Positions 28,541-41,160 of a stretch of DNA of 56,847 nucleotides are shown here, piece after piece. Under the pieces are notes generated by a model, which made no database searches, was not told where the DNA came from, and worked only from the letters and a program-made list of their open reading frames with translations. Position 1 is the stretch's first letter, and each line of letters starts with the position of its first letter. The stretch spans positions 132,952,269-133,009,115 of the forward strand of contig NC_068983.1 of NCBI RefSeq assembly GCF_001194135.2, in the 5' to 3' direction. This DNA comes from Octopus bimaculoides (lineage: Eukaryota). Both the position numbers and the translations under genes were made by a program.

Positions 28541-29809
28541 CATCAACTTGTTGGACTTTTTAAAGTACTTTTCAGTCTAAATTCCATTCTAGTGCCCTCG
28601 ATAAAGTAATGCACTGTTTCAATCCGCGAATTCAGCTAGTTTTCATTTGTTCAAAAGAGTCCCAGGTGGCCTATGGAAGGGAGATGTTTGATCTTTTCCA
28701 ATTGTTTTTTTCCGGCACGGCAATGGTTCAGCCAGCCCGCCACCATACATACCACTATTGTATTCATTTCAAGTTTTGGTGTAAGGCCAGCACTTTCGGA
28801 ATGTGAGTATTCGACTACATCGGTTCTCAATAGATTCTTATTTTGTCGTCTTCGAAAGGATGAAATAAATGCGATGTCAATCACAGTGGAATTTGACGTA
28901 AGGCCATTTAGCCTTTTGCCTGGCATGTTAACGTTTCTACTGGCTTGCCGCTTTAATGTACCAATAATGTATAGAGTTTAGTTTTATTTCCTAATTGTCT
29001 ATTAAAGAAATAATACGGGTGGGTGAAGAAAAAATCGTTAGAACGGGGAAGGAAAGCTTCAATGGAAATTCTTCCTTTTTTTACTTTTTCTTTTATTTTT
29101 GAGTTCAAATCCCAATAGGGATAGTTCGCCTCTCCTCTCTCCAAGATTGAGAAGTATTATAGTAGTGAGGTTCCTAATGTTACATTGAGATAATAAACTG
29201 ATATGAAATTAGATATGTTGATACATATATAAGATTTTATTGTCTCGATGCTGAACTGTGCCCATGATGGAGCACAATCTTTAAAAAGAGAGTTGTACAA
29301 ACAGATAACGTTTAATATTTTAGGTCTAGCAATTTTTCAACACTTTTTTCTTTGCCGGACTACTAAGTTATGAATCGTCAAACAAAAATGGTTGTTAAAC
29401 AATAGAAAAAAGAAACCTACAGACACCTGCAAGCATGCATTCACAAATATACGCAACACACACAACACATACACATGTGTATAATTTAGACATAGATATA
29501 CAAATATTATATATATATATATATACATATGTACACACATATACATCCGTCTACATACGCACACATCTGTATGTGTGTGTGTGCATATACATGTGTGTGT
29601 GTGCGTGTGCATGTGTGTGAACGCGCGTTTGTTTAAGCAAAAAAGGGGAGAGATCATAACATTGTATAATATCAGTAAAATGCATACACGTGCAGCTAGT
29701 TTTGCAAGATTTATTATTGCGTGTAATGATACACACTCAGGCAGACTGATTATTATCTTTGGTTTTGTCAAATGGCAACATATATTCTGAGTACCGCCCT
29801 CACAGTCTT

Positions 29810-29841
29810 CTAATATATATATATATATATATCTATATATC

Positions 29842-29901
<60 letters not shown>

Positions 29902-29998
29902 TGTATGTGCGTGTGTGTGTGTGCGTGTGTGTGTGTATACCTAGACATATATACACATATATAAATATACGTGTGTGTATATATATATATATATATAT

Positions 29999-30062
<64 letters not shown>

Positions 30063-30104
30063 ATATATAAATATGTGTATGTGTACATGCATATATGTAC
30101 ATAC

Positions 30105-30171
<67 letters not shown>

Positions 30172-30305
30172 TATACACGTACACATGCACACACGCACAC
30201 ACGTATATATATATATATATATCTATATATATATATACATATACATATACATATATATATATGTATGTGTGTGTGTGTGTGTTTGTGTGTGTCTGTGTCT
30301 GTGTG
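29810..30305 (+). repeat. Compound (TA)n/(TG)n/(CA)n microsatellite block
   Basis: Direct inspection. Confidence 0.95.
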
Positions 30306-31913
30306 CCATTTGTGCACGGATATATATGCGAGTGTATGTACCAACTTAAATCCGTATGATACTGATTCGTATGCTATTCGTTGAACATATATCTCTCAGT
30401 ACATACACGTATTACCAATAAAATAATTCTATGATGGAATGAAGCATTAATCTCTTTCAAACTTAGAACAGAAGATTATACCTCTGCACGAAAAGAACAT
30501 CTCGGAAAAGCTGCAAGTTTTTCTTCTGCTGTAATTTTTTTCTTTTTTTTTTTTTCCTTTTTCTTTTAAGCTTTTACTTCTATTTCATCCTATATCGAAA
30601 TGTTAACTTCCTTCTATATTACTGTCAAACTCTGAGACAATTTTCTTAGAATTCTTATCCATACGGCAGTTTTGATATATATGACTATAATAGACTTTGA
30701 TAAATTTCAGTTAATTTTCTATTTTACTTGTCAAATGCGAATAGAAATTTAATAAATTATATTTTGGAAACTTGAAAGATGAACGGTAGGCTGCAGAATT
30801 TATTTCGCATTATATTTAATATCGGACATAATATATTGTTGGAGATGTGAATAAACAGTCTGCCAGTACTTGCATTTGTCCTCCAGTAAAAGGCACTGAA
30901 ATTTCACGCTTACAGTATTTAACCTAGTATTAGTTATATAATATGACTCAATGATTTTGTAAAAGTGTAAGTATTACCAGCCCATGGAGGGTTCGAATGC
31001 ATGTTCACTGTACTGACTCGTCTTAGTAGCCAGATCTCCTTCAAACCACACCAAAACATATTGAGCAAGAAAGGATACCCTAAAAAAAGTTAATTCTATG
31101 CAACACTAAAAACAAAATCGAAATTCGTTCAACGCTAAATATANNNNNNNNNNNNNNNNNNNNNNNNNNNNNNNNNNNNNNNNNNNNNNNNNNNNNNNNN
31201 NNNNNNNNNNNNNNNNNNNNNNNNNNNNNNNNNNNNNNNNNNNNNNNNNNNNNNNNNNNNNNNNNNNNNNNNNNNNNNNNNNNNNNNNNNNNNNNNNNNN
31301 NNNNNNNNNNNNNNNNNNNNNNNNNNNNNNNNNNNNNNNNNNNNNNNNNNNNNNNNNNNNNNNNNNNNNNNNNNNNNNNNNNNNNNNNNNNNNNNNNNNN
31401 NNNNNNNNNNNNNNNNNNNNNNNNNNNNNNNNNNNNNNNNNNNNNNNNNNNNNNNNNNNNNNNNNNNNNNNNNNNNNNNNNNNNNNNNNNNNNNNNNNNN
31501 NNNNNNNNNNNNNNNNNNNNNNNNNNNNNNNNNNNNNNNNNNNNNNNNNNNNNNNNNNNNNNNNNNNNNNNNNNNNNNNNNNNNNNNNNNNNNNNNNNNN
31601 NNNNNNNNNNNNNNNNNNNNNNNNNNNNNNNNNNNNNNNNNNNNNNNNNNNNNNNNNNNNNNNNNNNNNNNNNNNNNNNNNNNNNNNNNNNNNNNNNNNN
31701 NNNNNNNNNNNNNNNNNNNNNNNNNNNNNNNNNNNNNNNNNNNNNNNNNNNNNNNNNNNNNNNNNNNNNNNNNNNNNNNNNNNNNNNNNNNNNNNNNNNN
31801 NNNNNNNNNNNNNNNNNNNNNNNNNNNNNNNNNNNNNNNNNNNNNNNNNNNNNNNNNNNNNNNNNNNNNNNNNNNNNNNNNNNNNNNNNNNNNNNNNNNN
31901 NNNNNNNNNNNNN

Positions 31914-33380
31914 TGTCGTAGTCGAGGGAAGAAACCAAATTGTTACATATGCGGGGAGAGAGGTCATATGAAGATCAAATGCCCCCTATATGAGTTCAAA
32001 CAGCCACAGCAAGAAAAAGCACAAGCAGAGGAGGAAAACATTATAGACCACACTGTGGAAATGAAAGAGAAACAGAGAAAACAAAGGAGAAGAACGAAAA
32101 TGGAGCTACTAACCCTAAAAAGCGAAAGAAAAATAAGTCAAAGGAACGGTCAACAGAAAACAAACAAGACATAGAAAAGCCAGAAACTAATAACCCTACC
32201 GGATAGAAGTGGAAGACGAGAGAACGTTAAATGTCGTAGTCGANNNNNNNNNNCACAAGCTGTCGAAACCTGTTAAAGTGAAATGGTGACAAAAGAGAAA
32301 ATCGAGGAGTGCCTGGGTGAAATTGTGAATGAAGCCATGTACATCAGCAGAGGAAGAAAGTTCGGTACGGTAGAGGTGAGGTTCGCCACTATAGAAGAGG
32401 CAACCAAGCATGTGACCAACATTTTAAGAAATACAAAAATAGCATTACTACCAAGTTATAGAGGAAGAAGTGTGAAAATACGTATTCCCAGAGTTACACC
32501 AGAAATTAAACCAGAGTGGTTGGTTGCAACAGTGCTGGCTGCAACCAAGGAGGATCCAGAATAAGGACCAGTGGCGGAAACAAAACTGCGCAACTGGTGT
32601 GGATTTGGACTCGAAATGTGGCTTTTTGCCACATTCGAGGATATAGAAAGAATTCCCTACCGGATAGAAGTGGAAGACGAGAGAACGTTAAATGTCGTAG
32701 TCGAGGGAAGAAACCAAATTGTTACATATGCGGGGAGAGAGGTCATATGAAGATCAAATGCCCCCTATATGAGTTCAAACAGCCACAGCAAGAAAAAGCA
32801 CAAGCAGAGGAGGAAAACATTATAGACCACACTGTGGAAATGAAAGAGAAACAGAGAAAACAAAGGAGAAGAACGAAAATGGAGCTACTAACCCTAAAAA
32901 GCGAAAGAACAATAAGTCAAAGGAATGGTCAACAGAAAACAAACAAGACATAGAAAAGCCAGAAACTAATAATGTACAAGAAGGAGAGGAGAGAACGGAT
33001 AAAGATGTCAAATACAAGAGGGTTTTGATAAAGTACGAAAAGTGCAAATGGAGAGAAAATCGCGAAGAATAATAAGAGTGAAGATGCCGGAGAAATGTAC
33101 TGAGAAGTGCATTTTGGTACACGAGGAAAACTACTGGGAGTACATAAAAGAACTTGGCGAAAATATAAAACGAAACGGGTATGGTTGGTGGAGACACCAC
33201 CCCCTAGAACTGATTATTTCCAGTTGATAAGGACGGAAGTAACAGTGGTTAATGGGAGAAAAGTAACGCGAGTGTTTCAATTTTTTGCGTTGCAAAACCG
33301 TTAAAATGTCTACATGATGTTGAACGTAAAAGTGAAAAACTGGATAAATGTAACCACCCGACTTCGGGAGTCGAGTGGAC
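31914..33380 (+). mobile_element. Decayed Tx1/L1-type ORF1 (RRM-like region + CCHC zinc knuckle), partly duplicated across gaps; no ORF2 seen
   Basis: GTVEVRFATIEEA...VKIRIPRV (RRM-like); RIPYRIEVEDERTLNVVVEGR, then a 1-nt frameshift to KPNCYICGERGHMKIKCP (CX2CX4HX4C). Confidence 0.8.
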
Positions 33381-33537
33381 ATTGCGCCTCATGTTTTCAT
33401 TCTTGCATTTTATCATTTTATTTTAATTTTTCTTCTACTATTATCATTCACTTTTGTAATTTTTAGTTCTCAGATTTTATGTTTGTTGCGTTTGTACCGT
33501 CTTTATATTTTGTGATGTCTTAAAAATTCTTTGTATA

Positions 33538-33735
33538 GCCCTTTTTGGGTAATAAAGACATAGGTATTTCGTCTGTCTTTACGTTCTGAGTTCAAATTCC
33601 GCCGAGATCGACATTGCCTTTCATCCTTTCGGGGTTGATAAATTAAGTACCAGAAGCGTATTGCGGTCGATCTAATCGGCTGGCCCCCTTCCCCAAAATT
33701 TCGGGCCTTGTGCCGAGAGCAGAAAAGAATATATT
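33538..33735 (+). mobile_element. Same Nin-domain SINE family, 5'-truncated
   Basis: Near-identical to 37765-37955. Confidence 0.85.
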
Positions 33736-34614
33736 GATGTAGCATATAAAATATATATTTCGATAGTCAAAAACTAAACAAATATCACAAAAAATTTACA
33801 CCGGTANNNNNNNNNNNNNNNNNNNNNNNNNNNNNNNNNNNNNNNNNNNNNNNNNNNNNNNNNNNNNNNNNNNNNNNNNNNNNNNNNNNNNNNNNNNNNN
33901 NNNNNNNNNNNNNNNNNNNNNNNNNNNNNNNNNNNNNNNNNNNNNNNNNNNNNNNNNNNNNNNNNNNNNNNNNNNNNNNNNNNNNNNNNNNNNNNNNNNN
34001 NNNNNNNNNNNNNNNNNNNNNNNNNNNNNNNNNNNNNNNNNNNNNNNNNNNNNNNNNNNNNNNNNNNNNNNNNNNNNNNNNNNNNNNNNNNNNNNNNNNN
34101 NNNNNNNNNNNNNNNNNNNNNNNNNNNNNNNNNNNNNNNNNNNNNNNNNNNNNNNNNNNNNNNNNNNNNNNNNNNNNNNNNNNNNNNNNNNNNNNNNNNN
34201 NNNNNNNNNNNNNNNNNNNNNNNNNNNNNNNNNNNNNNNNNNNNNNNNNNNNNNNNNNNNNNNNNNNNNNNNNNNNNNNNNNNNNNNNNNNNNNNNNTAT
34301 ATATATATATATATATATATGTTAGCACATGAAAAAGTAACCCGTTTTCGTTGTACAATATAAATACATAAATAAATTTACACGCACGAAAAAAAAAAAC
34401 GTCAATGCCTTTGCGAGAGACGTTGTGTAATTTCGACTACGTATTATTTCTATTTTGCAGCCATGTGCAGTAATGTTTGTCGTTTTTTCTTGTCGTCCAC
34501 TTCTAATTGCTGTACACATGTGAAATGAGATGGCCTCGACATTAAGCTTCTGAACACCCATTGGCTATATGTTGTGCCCCACCCTGTGTATGTGCGTATG
34601 AGGTGTGTGTATGT

Positions 34615-34760
34615 ATATATAAATCTACTAAATTCACTCTCGGTGTATTATTCTGAGGCATTTCCAAAAATCATTTTCTACATGTACTGGGCATGGGGAG
34701 TGAACCCATGCCCGGCACATGTGGATGTAGACTTCGCAATCTGACAGCCATATCTGCGGC
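34615..34760 (-). mobile_element. Decayed tRNA/CORE-like SINE head
   Basis: Minus strand GGCTGTC...GGGTTCACTCCCCATG...GAGTGAATTTAGTAGA. Confidence 0.55.
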
Positions 34761-35032
34761 TAAGTGACAACTTCAAAGATACAGAGACAAGATATTCGAT
34801 GGTTTTATCATCTAATGGCGGAAGACCGATTCAGTAACGTACTACTTTATGCGTGGAAAAGGCGGAAGCCTAGGATTGGTGATGCCTGCTGGAATGGGGC
34901 ACCAAAGATAGGTTTTTGAAACCAATAGTAGATTACTTCCTTTCTCAACCCTATTTCTTGTGAACTTTTCTTCTTTCATCGAATAATTTGTCTCCCTCAC
35001 TCTCGCGCTCGCTTTTCAATCTGATATAGCTT

Positions 35033-35098
35033 TTACCTGTACATAGCTCATTACCTGTATATAGCTCATATACAGCTATTACCTGTATATAGCTCATT
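35033..35098 (+). repeat. 18-bp minisatellite TTACCTGTATATAGCTCA, 3 copies
   Basis: Direct inspection. Confidence 0.85.
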
Positions 35099-35126
35099 CC
35101 ATTACATTCTTTAAGAATGTACTTAA

Positions 35127-35188
<62 letters not shown>

Positions 35189-36544
35189 CTCTCTCTCTCA
35201 ACGTGGTATATGGCCTAATTTGAAAACATATGTAGGCCACTCTAACCCCGTCTTTCGTCCTTTCTCTGTTGTTCATTCCTTCATTCTATCTCTCTCTCTA
35301 TCTATCTATCTCTCTGTCACTCGCTCTCTCCCTCTCTTTTAATGTTTTTGTCTGAAACCCTCACTTTCTTCTCCTCGTCTCTTTCCTCTTGATAATATAT
35401 TTATCTCCTTTAATCTCTTCCTCTCATTTGTCTTTTTCCTCTCTCCCTCTTTCATTCTCTTAGTCTACCTTAAATTTCATTATTATCTATGTTACTAATT
35501 TGTTCAAATTTCTATTTCCCCATCTCGTTTGATAGATTTCATTTGCATATTTTACCAACTGGATCTCTCTTTCTTTCCCTCTCAGTTTTTCTCTCCCCCT
35601 CTCTCTATATGGTATCTCTCTTACACCACGAGATTCCACTTCTGTTTAACTTCCTACTATTTTCACATATACTCTCCCTATATTCTTAATCTACTTCTAC
35701 CTTCCTCCCTATCTCTGTTCGACATTCCACTTCTGCGTCTCTTTATCTATTTACACTAATCTTCTCGATGCCAGCTAAACCTTTCTTTCTCTCTCCCGCT
35801 CTCTCTTTCTCTCCGACCACCGTCGGTCCTCTCCTATCTTCCATTTTCATATTCATTCCTTTAGCTCTCACTATCCCTCAGCTCTCCTTCGATTCCTACT
35901 TAGTCTCCGTTCTATATCTCTCAACATTTCTCTACAAATCTCCCACTAAGTCTTTCATTGATTCTCCCATTCACATTATAAAATACGGTTTGCAGTCTTT
36001 GTTGATACTGTTTCTTTCTCTCAATTCTATTCTTTTACCACTCTCTCTTTTCCCTCACATACTTTCCCATTCACTCTCTCTTCATAACCTATTTCGTCCA
36101 TCTCTAATTATCCTTCCTCAGACAATGCTTTTTGAGATTATTTTTCTTGTTCGTATAATCTATTCTGAAGAAGCTAATGTTATTTAGATAAATGCCGTTG
36201 TGCTTTCACCTTTCAACAAAGGTAAAGTTAACTTAATGAATGAGACAAGTGATGTTAAAGAAATACATAAATTTCAATTTTGCCAGTTCAAATTTCAAAA
36301 TAAAAAATGTATGAAAGTAATAAGTCATATATATCAGAAGGTATAAAATGTATACATATATAAGGTTAAAAAACCGTATACTTGGATATATGGAAAAGGC
36401 GGACACAGATATGTACGTAAAACACGTACCTTAAAATTTATAGGAAGAAACAATTATACTTATCATGTATACATATATCTCAAATTTCATTATATATACC
36501 GGAACATATATTTTTAATAGTGATAGTAAATGCGCTATAGCTAT

Positions 36545-36715
36545 AGTAGATAGCTTAGCAGGATTTTGTCCCTTTACACGTTCTAAGTTCCAATGCTGCT
36601 GAGGTCGACTTTCCCTTTCATCCTTTCGGGGTCGATAAAATAAGTAGCAGTCGATTGACTTAGTCCCACCCGCGAAATTGCAGACGTTGTACCAAAATTT
36701 GAAATCAATATCTGT
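36545..36715 (+). mobile_element. Nin-domain SINE fragment
   Basis: GAGGTCGACTTTCCCTTTCATCCTTTCGGGGTCGATAAAATAAGTAG. Confidence 0.75.
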
Positions 36716-37587
36716 ATAATTATCTGTGTGTGGAAGGACAAGACTGCAGAGGTATCTCTAAGGTTTAGACATGAACTGCATGTCAGTTTGTAAAAATGTG
36801 CATGCTGGTTGATATTACAGAAGAGGAAAGCTGTTAAAGACATGTAAAAGAAGACACGTTTTCGAAGTTTACAAAGCATTAACAACGTATGAAATACGAT
36901 GTGCCTTAAACAAATTAACTATTCCGTTTCCTATAAGTAATTTCTACCAATCTATAAAATTCGACCTTTAACTGTCTACTGACATTTCATTTCCAGTACA
37001 GATATATATATATATATATTTCCACGTTTTTAAGCTTTATTCCCATTCATCTACTACCCTATGTTTCTCTCATCATAATTTTCCGTAAATTTCTTTCTTT
37101 CTCCTCCTCTTTCTCTGAATTGCCTTTGATGTTAAATCTATCGATGTATTTTTTTTTAAATAACTTCACAGCGTTCCCCTTCGTAATCACATTCGGTTAA
37201 AATGGCTTATTGATGTATTTTGCTTCTCTTTTCTCCCTGGCGAGATGATTGCATTGTTTTACATCAGCTTTATTCCCTCCGGAATAATCTCAATGCTTTC
37301 TTCGAACCATATATTGGAAGTATAAATGATTTGAATGACACCTGCGTTTGACTATATANNNNNNNNNNNNNNNNNNNNNNNNNNNNNNNNNNNNNNNNNN
37401 NNNNNNNNNNNNNNNNNNNNNNNNNNNNNNNNNNNNNNNNNNNNNNNNNNNNNNNNNNNNNNNNNNNNNNNNNNNNNNNNNNNNNNNNNNNNNNNNNNNN
37501 NNNNNNNNNNNNNNNNNNNNNNNNNNNNNNNNNNNNNNNNNNNNNNNNNNNNNNNNNNNNNNNNNNNNNNNNNNNNNNNNNNNNNNN

Positions 37588-37638
<51 letters not shown>

Positions 37639-37717
37639 GCATACATGAAACTGTTATATTTGTGTATCTCTGTTATTCTAAAAGCAGGCTTCAGCTGTAG
37701 CAATATAATGTTCGCGT

Positions 37718-37955
37718 AAAGGCAGCGAGCTGGCAGAAACGTCACCACGCCGGGCGAAATGCTTAGCCCCTTGTGGGTAATAAAGAAATTGGTATTTCGT
37801 CTGTCTCTAAATTCTGAGATCAAAGTCCGACGAGGTTGACTTTGCCTTTCATCCTTTCGGGGTCGATAAATTAAGTACCAGTTGCGTCCTGGTGTCGATT
37901 TAATCGGCTGACCCCTCTTCCCCCAAATTTCGGGCCTTGTGCCTAGAGTAGAAAA
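37718..37955 (+). mobile_element. tRNA-SINE with Deu/Nin-like central domain (GACTTTGCCTTTCATCCTTTCGGGGTCGATAAATTAAGTACCAG)
   Basis: A box GCTGGCAGAAAC and a B-box-like TGAGATCAAAGTCC. The same domain recurs at 33538-33735, 36545-36715, 6061-6112 and 328-428 (+), and decayed at 28755-28930 and 16820-16970 (-). The domain name is from recall. Confidence 0.82.
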
Positions 37956-38384
37956 AAATATAATGTTTGGATATAATTGAACGGGCTAAGGCTTTGATAA
38001 CTGTCACCAGAGTTGTAACATCTATTGCTCAGGTCACATGTTTGTACGGTGGATGGATAGAATATTTATTGTTCTTCTTTTCCTCCTTCTTTTGATTATT
38101 TACCACCCTATCTTACCTGATGGAATCAATGAAAGACCTTCAGAAGTACCTGTTCTTTACTTTTTGCGATTTCGTGTTCGATATTTGCTATTGTCATCTT
38201 CCTCTCATTTTAATGATAAGAGTGTATAATTTGAAGGTCGCTCTGTTTAGTAGGCTAACCGAATGTGTAAAACTGTCCTGCTTGGCATAGGAACAGAATA
38301 TCTATCAGTGAAAGTTTTGGCAGTATATTTCATATTTTATGTAGTGTTTTACTTGTTTCAATCATTACACTAATGTCCTGAAGG

Positions 38385-38513
38385 AACACTGCATTGAAGA
38401 ATTGTTTATTCAAACATGTCGACTCCAGTACTTATTTTGTTAAAGCCAGATACTTATGTTATCGAATCTTTTGCCGAACCGCTAGGTAGCGGGGACGTAA
38501 ACACAACGGCATA

Positions 38514-38565
<52 letters not shown>

Positions 38566-38570
38566 NNNNN
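38385..38570 (-). mobile_element. 3' half of the composite SINE with internal (CA)n
   Basis: TCTTTTGCCGAACCGCTAGGTAGCGGGGACGTAAACAC shared with the other copies. Confidence 0.72.
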
Positions 38571-39799
38571 NNNNNNNTCCGATCTAACCCGTCACACACA
38601 AACACACACACACGCACACACACAATGTATTTCTGCAACTTCTCGCACACATCCACACATTGCAATCAACGAAATTCTGATATCACCTTTACTAGAAATA
38701 GTACCCAGTTATCTCTCTAATTTTACTCGCTGGAATTTAAAAAGAAAAAAGGCTGACCACTGTTTTATTAAAAGAACTTTCACCTCACTTCATTGCTGAG
38801 AAAGAATATTAGGTTTTCGTAGATTATTTCAAAGCATTTTAAAATTGATTTGTAGGTTTATTTTTGAGCATGAAACAATTTTCTTTGATTTCCGTTTGTT
38901 TATCGCAAAAATACACTCCAAGAAGCAATAAACAGAGATATATGCAAGAGAAAAAAAATGAAAATGAAAAGAGAGAAGATTTAAACACGGAATTGGTAGA
39001 GAGAAAAAAGAATATCAAGATGTAATAAAACTTGGAACGACGTTGCCGCTTTTATCTTTGTTCTCGCTATCAAATACGTACAAATATGCGCATTCACAAA
39101 TACACCTACATACATAAATACATACATAAATACATACATAAATATACAAGAAATATANNNNNNNNNNNNNNNNNNNNNNNNNNNNNNNNNNNNNNNNNNN
39201 NNNNNNNNNNNNNNNNNNNNNNNNNNNNNNNNNNNNNNNNNNNNNNNNNNNNTATATTTATATATATATACATGTACATAAATATATGTATATACGACCT
39301 TATTTCCATATACGCCAGCTTAATTTTATTCGTCCAGTCGAAAGACATCTGTTCTGATGTCCCGTTATTATTCCTGCTGTATTTGTGCAACATTGTTCGT
39401 TTCTTTCCGTCCTTGTTTTTGTATACTTTCGCTGTTTTCTTCCAAGGAATCTAATGCTCTTACCTTAGTTTTTCCTTGGGGCTGGCCAGATTGGAGCAGT
39501 ATCGAGAATAACCAGCCGAAATTGCAAGGATAATCTGGATCTCGACTGAAGAAAGAAAACTCCGAATGACATGTCCGTGTTTTCTTTGTGTCGTCTTTCT
39601 ATATATTTTGTCCCTTTCTTGTATCACCTAAACTGCCTGGATGTTTTGCGTTCTTGTCCCATTCTGTATTATATATATGTATACTGGGGGTCTTAGCATA
39701 TTTTCTGTTCTCGTGGCGATGGAGTGAAATAATTATTTATAAACAAAGATACAAACACAAACCGGAGCAATTTTGTGTGGATACGTACAAGTGTGGCTT

Positions 39800-39968
39800 A
39801 GGCGTAGGTGTGGCTGTGTGATAAGAAATTTCTTTCCCAACCACTCAGTGCCGGTTTCAGTCCCACTGCATGAAACATTGGCCATGTATCTTCAACAACA
39901 TCTCCAGGTCGAATACGAGCCTTGTGAGTGGATTTGTTAGACGGAGACCGAAAGAAGCCTATCGTATG
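39800..39968 (+). mobile_element. tRNA/CORE-like SINE 5' half
   Basis: GGCGTAGGTGTGGCTGTGTGATAAG...TTCAGTCCCACTG...GCCTTGTGAGTGGATTTGTTAGACGGA...GAAAGAAGCC, then (TATG)n. Confidence 0.78.
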
Positions 39969-40025
39969 TATGAATGTATGTATGTGTACATATATTATAT
40001 ACGTGTGTGTGTGTGTGTTTATATG

Positions 40026-40072
<47 letters not shown>

Positions 40073-40629
40073 TATGTCTCACGCTACTGCTATCTAGCAC
40101 CTTCGGATCATCTCTACTCAACCGCTACACGACGGCTACTCAACAGTCACTCAACGTCTCTACCACGGCTAGACTACCTCTATTTATATGTCTTGGGAGA
40201 TCCTACTTCTTCGCTTGGGGGCGTCGACACACACGATAGAAGAACGATAAAAATTAAAATCCAAGAGTACTCCAAATAAATGCAGATAGAGAGGGAGAGT
40301 GAAGAAGTGAGAGGGTGAGGGAGGAAAAGGGAAGGAGAGGAAGCGAATGAAAACATCATAGAGAAAATAAGTTAGTCGCAGTGACACCGCAAACTTTAGT
40401 ACGTCTTGATCTTCATTCTCTCTGCCGTATTTTGTTTGAATTTCTACTCTCTTCCTTTTTCCTCCCGTTTCTCTTGAAATTAACTATATTTATTGCTTGT
40501 TGGTGTGTATTTTTTGATAAACAAACCAGAAATAAAAGCTTAACAGTTTCATGCTGAATGCGACTAACCAATCAATACTAAAATATGTTTAAATATATAT
40601 GAATACACCTTTTACTTTTCCGTCAGGGC

Positions 40630-40915
40630 AATTGTTTCAGTCAGTTTAACACAGCACACACATTTTAAAGCCTGATATTTATTCTGTCGTTCTTTTGCCG
40701 ACCACCTTACGTACGGAGACGTAAAGACAACAAAACCGGTTGTCAATCGGTGGTGGTGGACTAACTCTAACATAAAAACACACATGCATATGTACGATGA
40801 TCTTTCAAATTCCCTTAACGAAACCCTTTCGCAAGGCTTTAGTCGGGTTTCAGTAGAAGATACTTGTCCAAGTGAATCCAGAACCATGTGGTTAAAAAAC
40901 AAATTTCTTACCACA
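40630..40915 (-). mobile_element. Composite SINE (tRNA head, CORE-like domain, internal microsatellite remnant, 3' domain)
   Basis: The head and CORE part match 39800-39968 (+) and 14967-15110 (-). The 3' part matches 38385-38570, 55375-55618 and the tails at 5055, 6125 and 12710. Confidence 0.7.
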
Positions 40916-40924
40916 GAAAAAAAG

Positions 40925-41160
40925 TGTAGTGACGCCTGGATCCAGTCGCCATTTTAGGATTTTCATCCACGCATGCGCAGGGATTAGAGCCTTCAGGAAG
41001 GCCTGCCGGAAGCCCCTAATGTGCATGCGCAGTCATCGGCATCCACTAGGCTTGACGGCCATTTACTCTCTTTGCTTCTGTTGCCGACCCAGCCGCACGC
41101 AACTTGACCAGCTCCTAGTAGCTAGAATGCTGAAGGCGCCACACGACGTTGACTAACCAT
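40925..41160. promoter_or_regulatory. GC/CpG-rich island with promoter-type motifs (2x GCATGCGCA, CGCCATTTT, CCGGAAG); could instead be a TE 5' region
   Basis: NRF1-like sites at 40971-40979 and 41023-41031, YY1-like at 40947-40955, ETS-like at 41006-41012; clearly higher GC than the flanks. Confidence 0.4.

Noticed and set aside
31914-32242. Near-exact copy of 32655-32972 placed before the ORF1 N-terminus
   Set aside because: Only two substitutions, bounded by N-gaps and out of order; most likely an allelic or scaffolding artefact, though a tandem duplication is not excluded.
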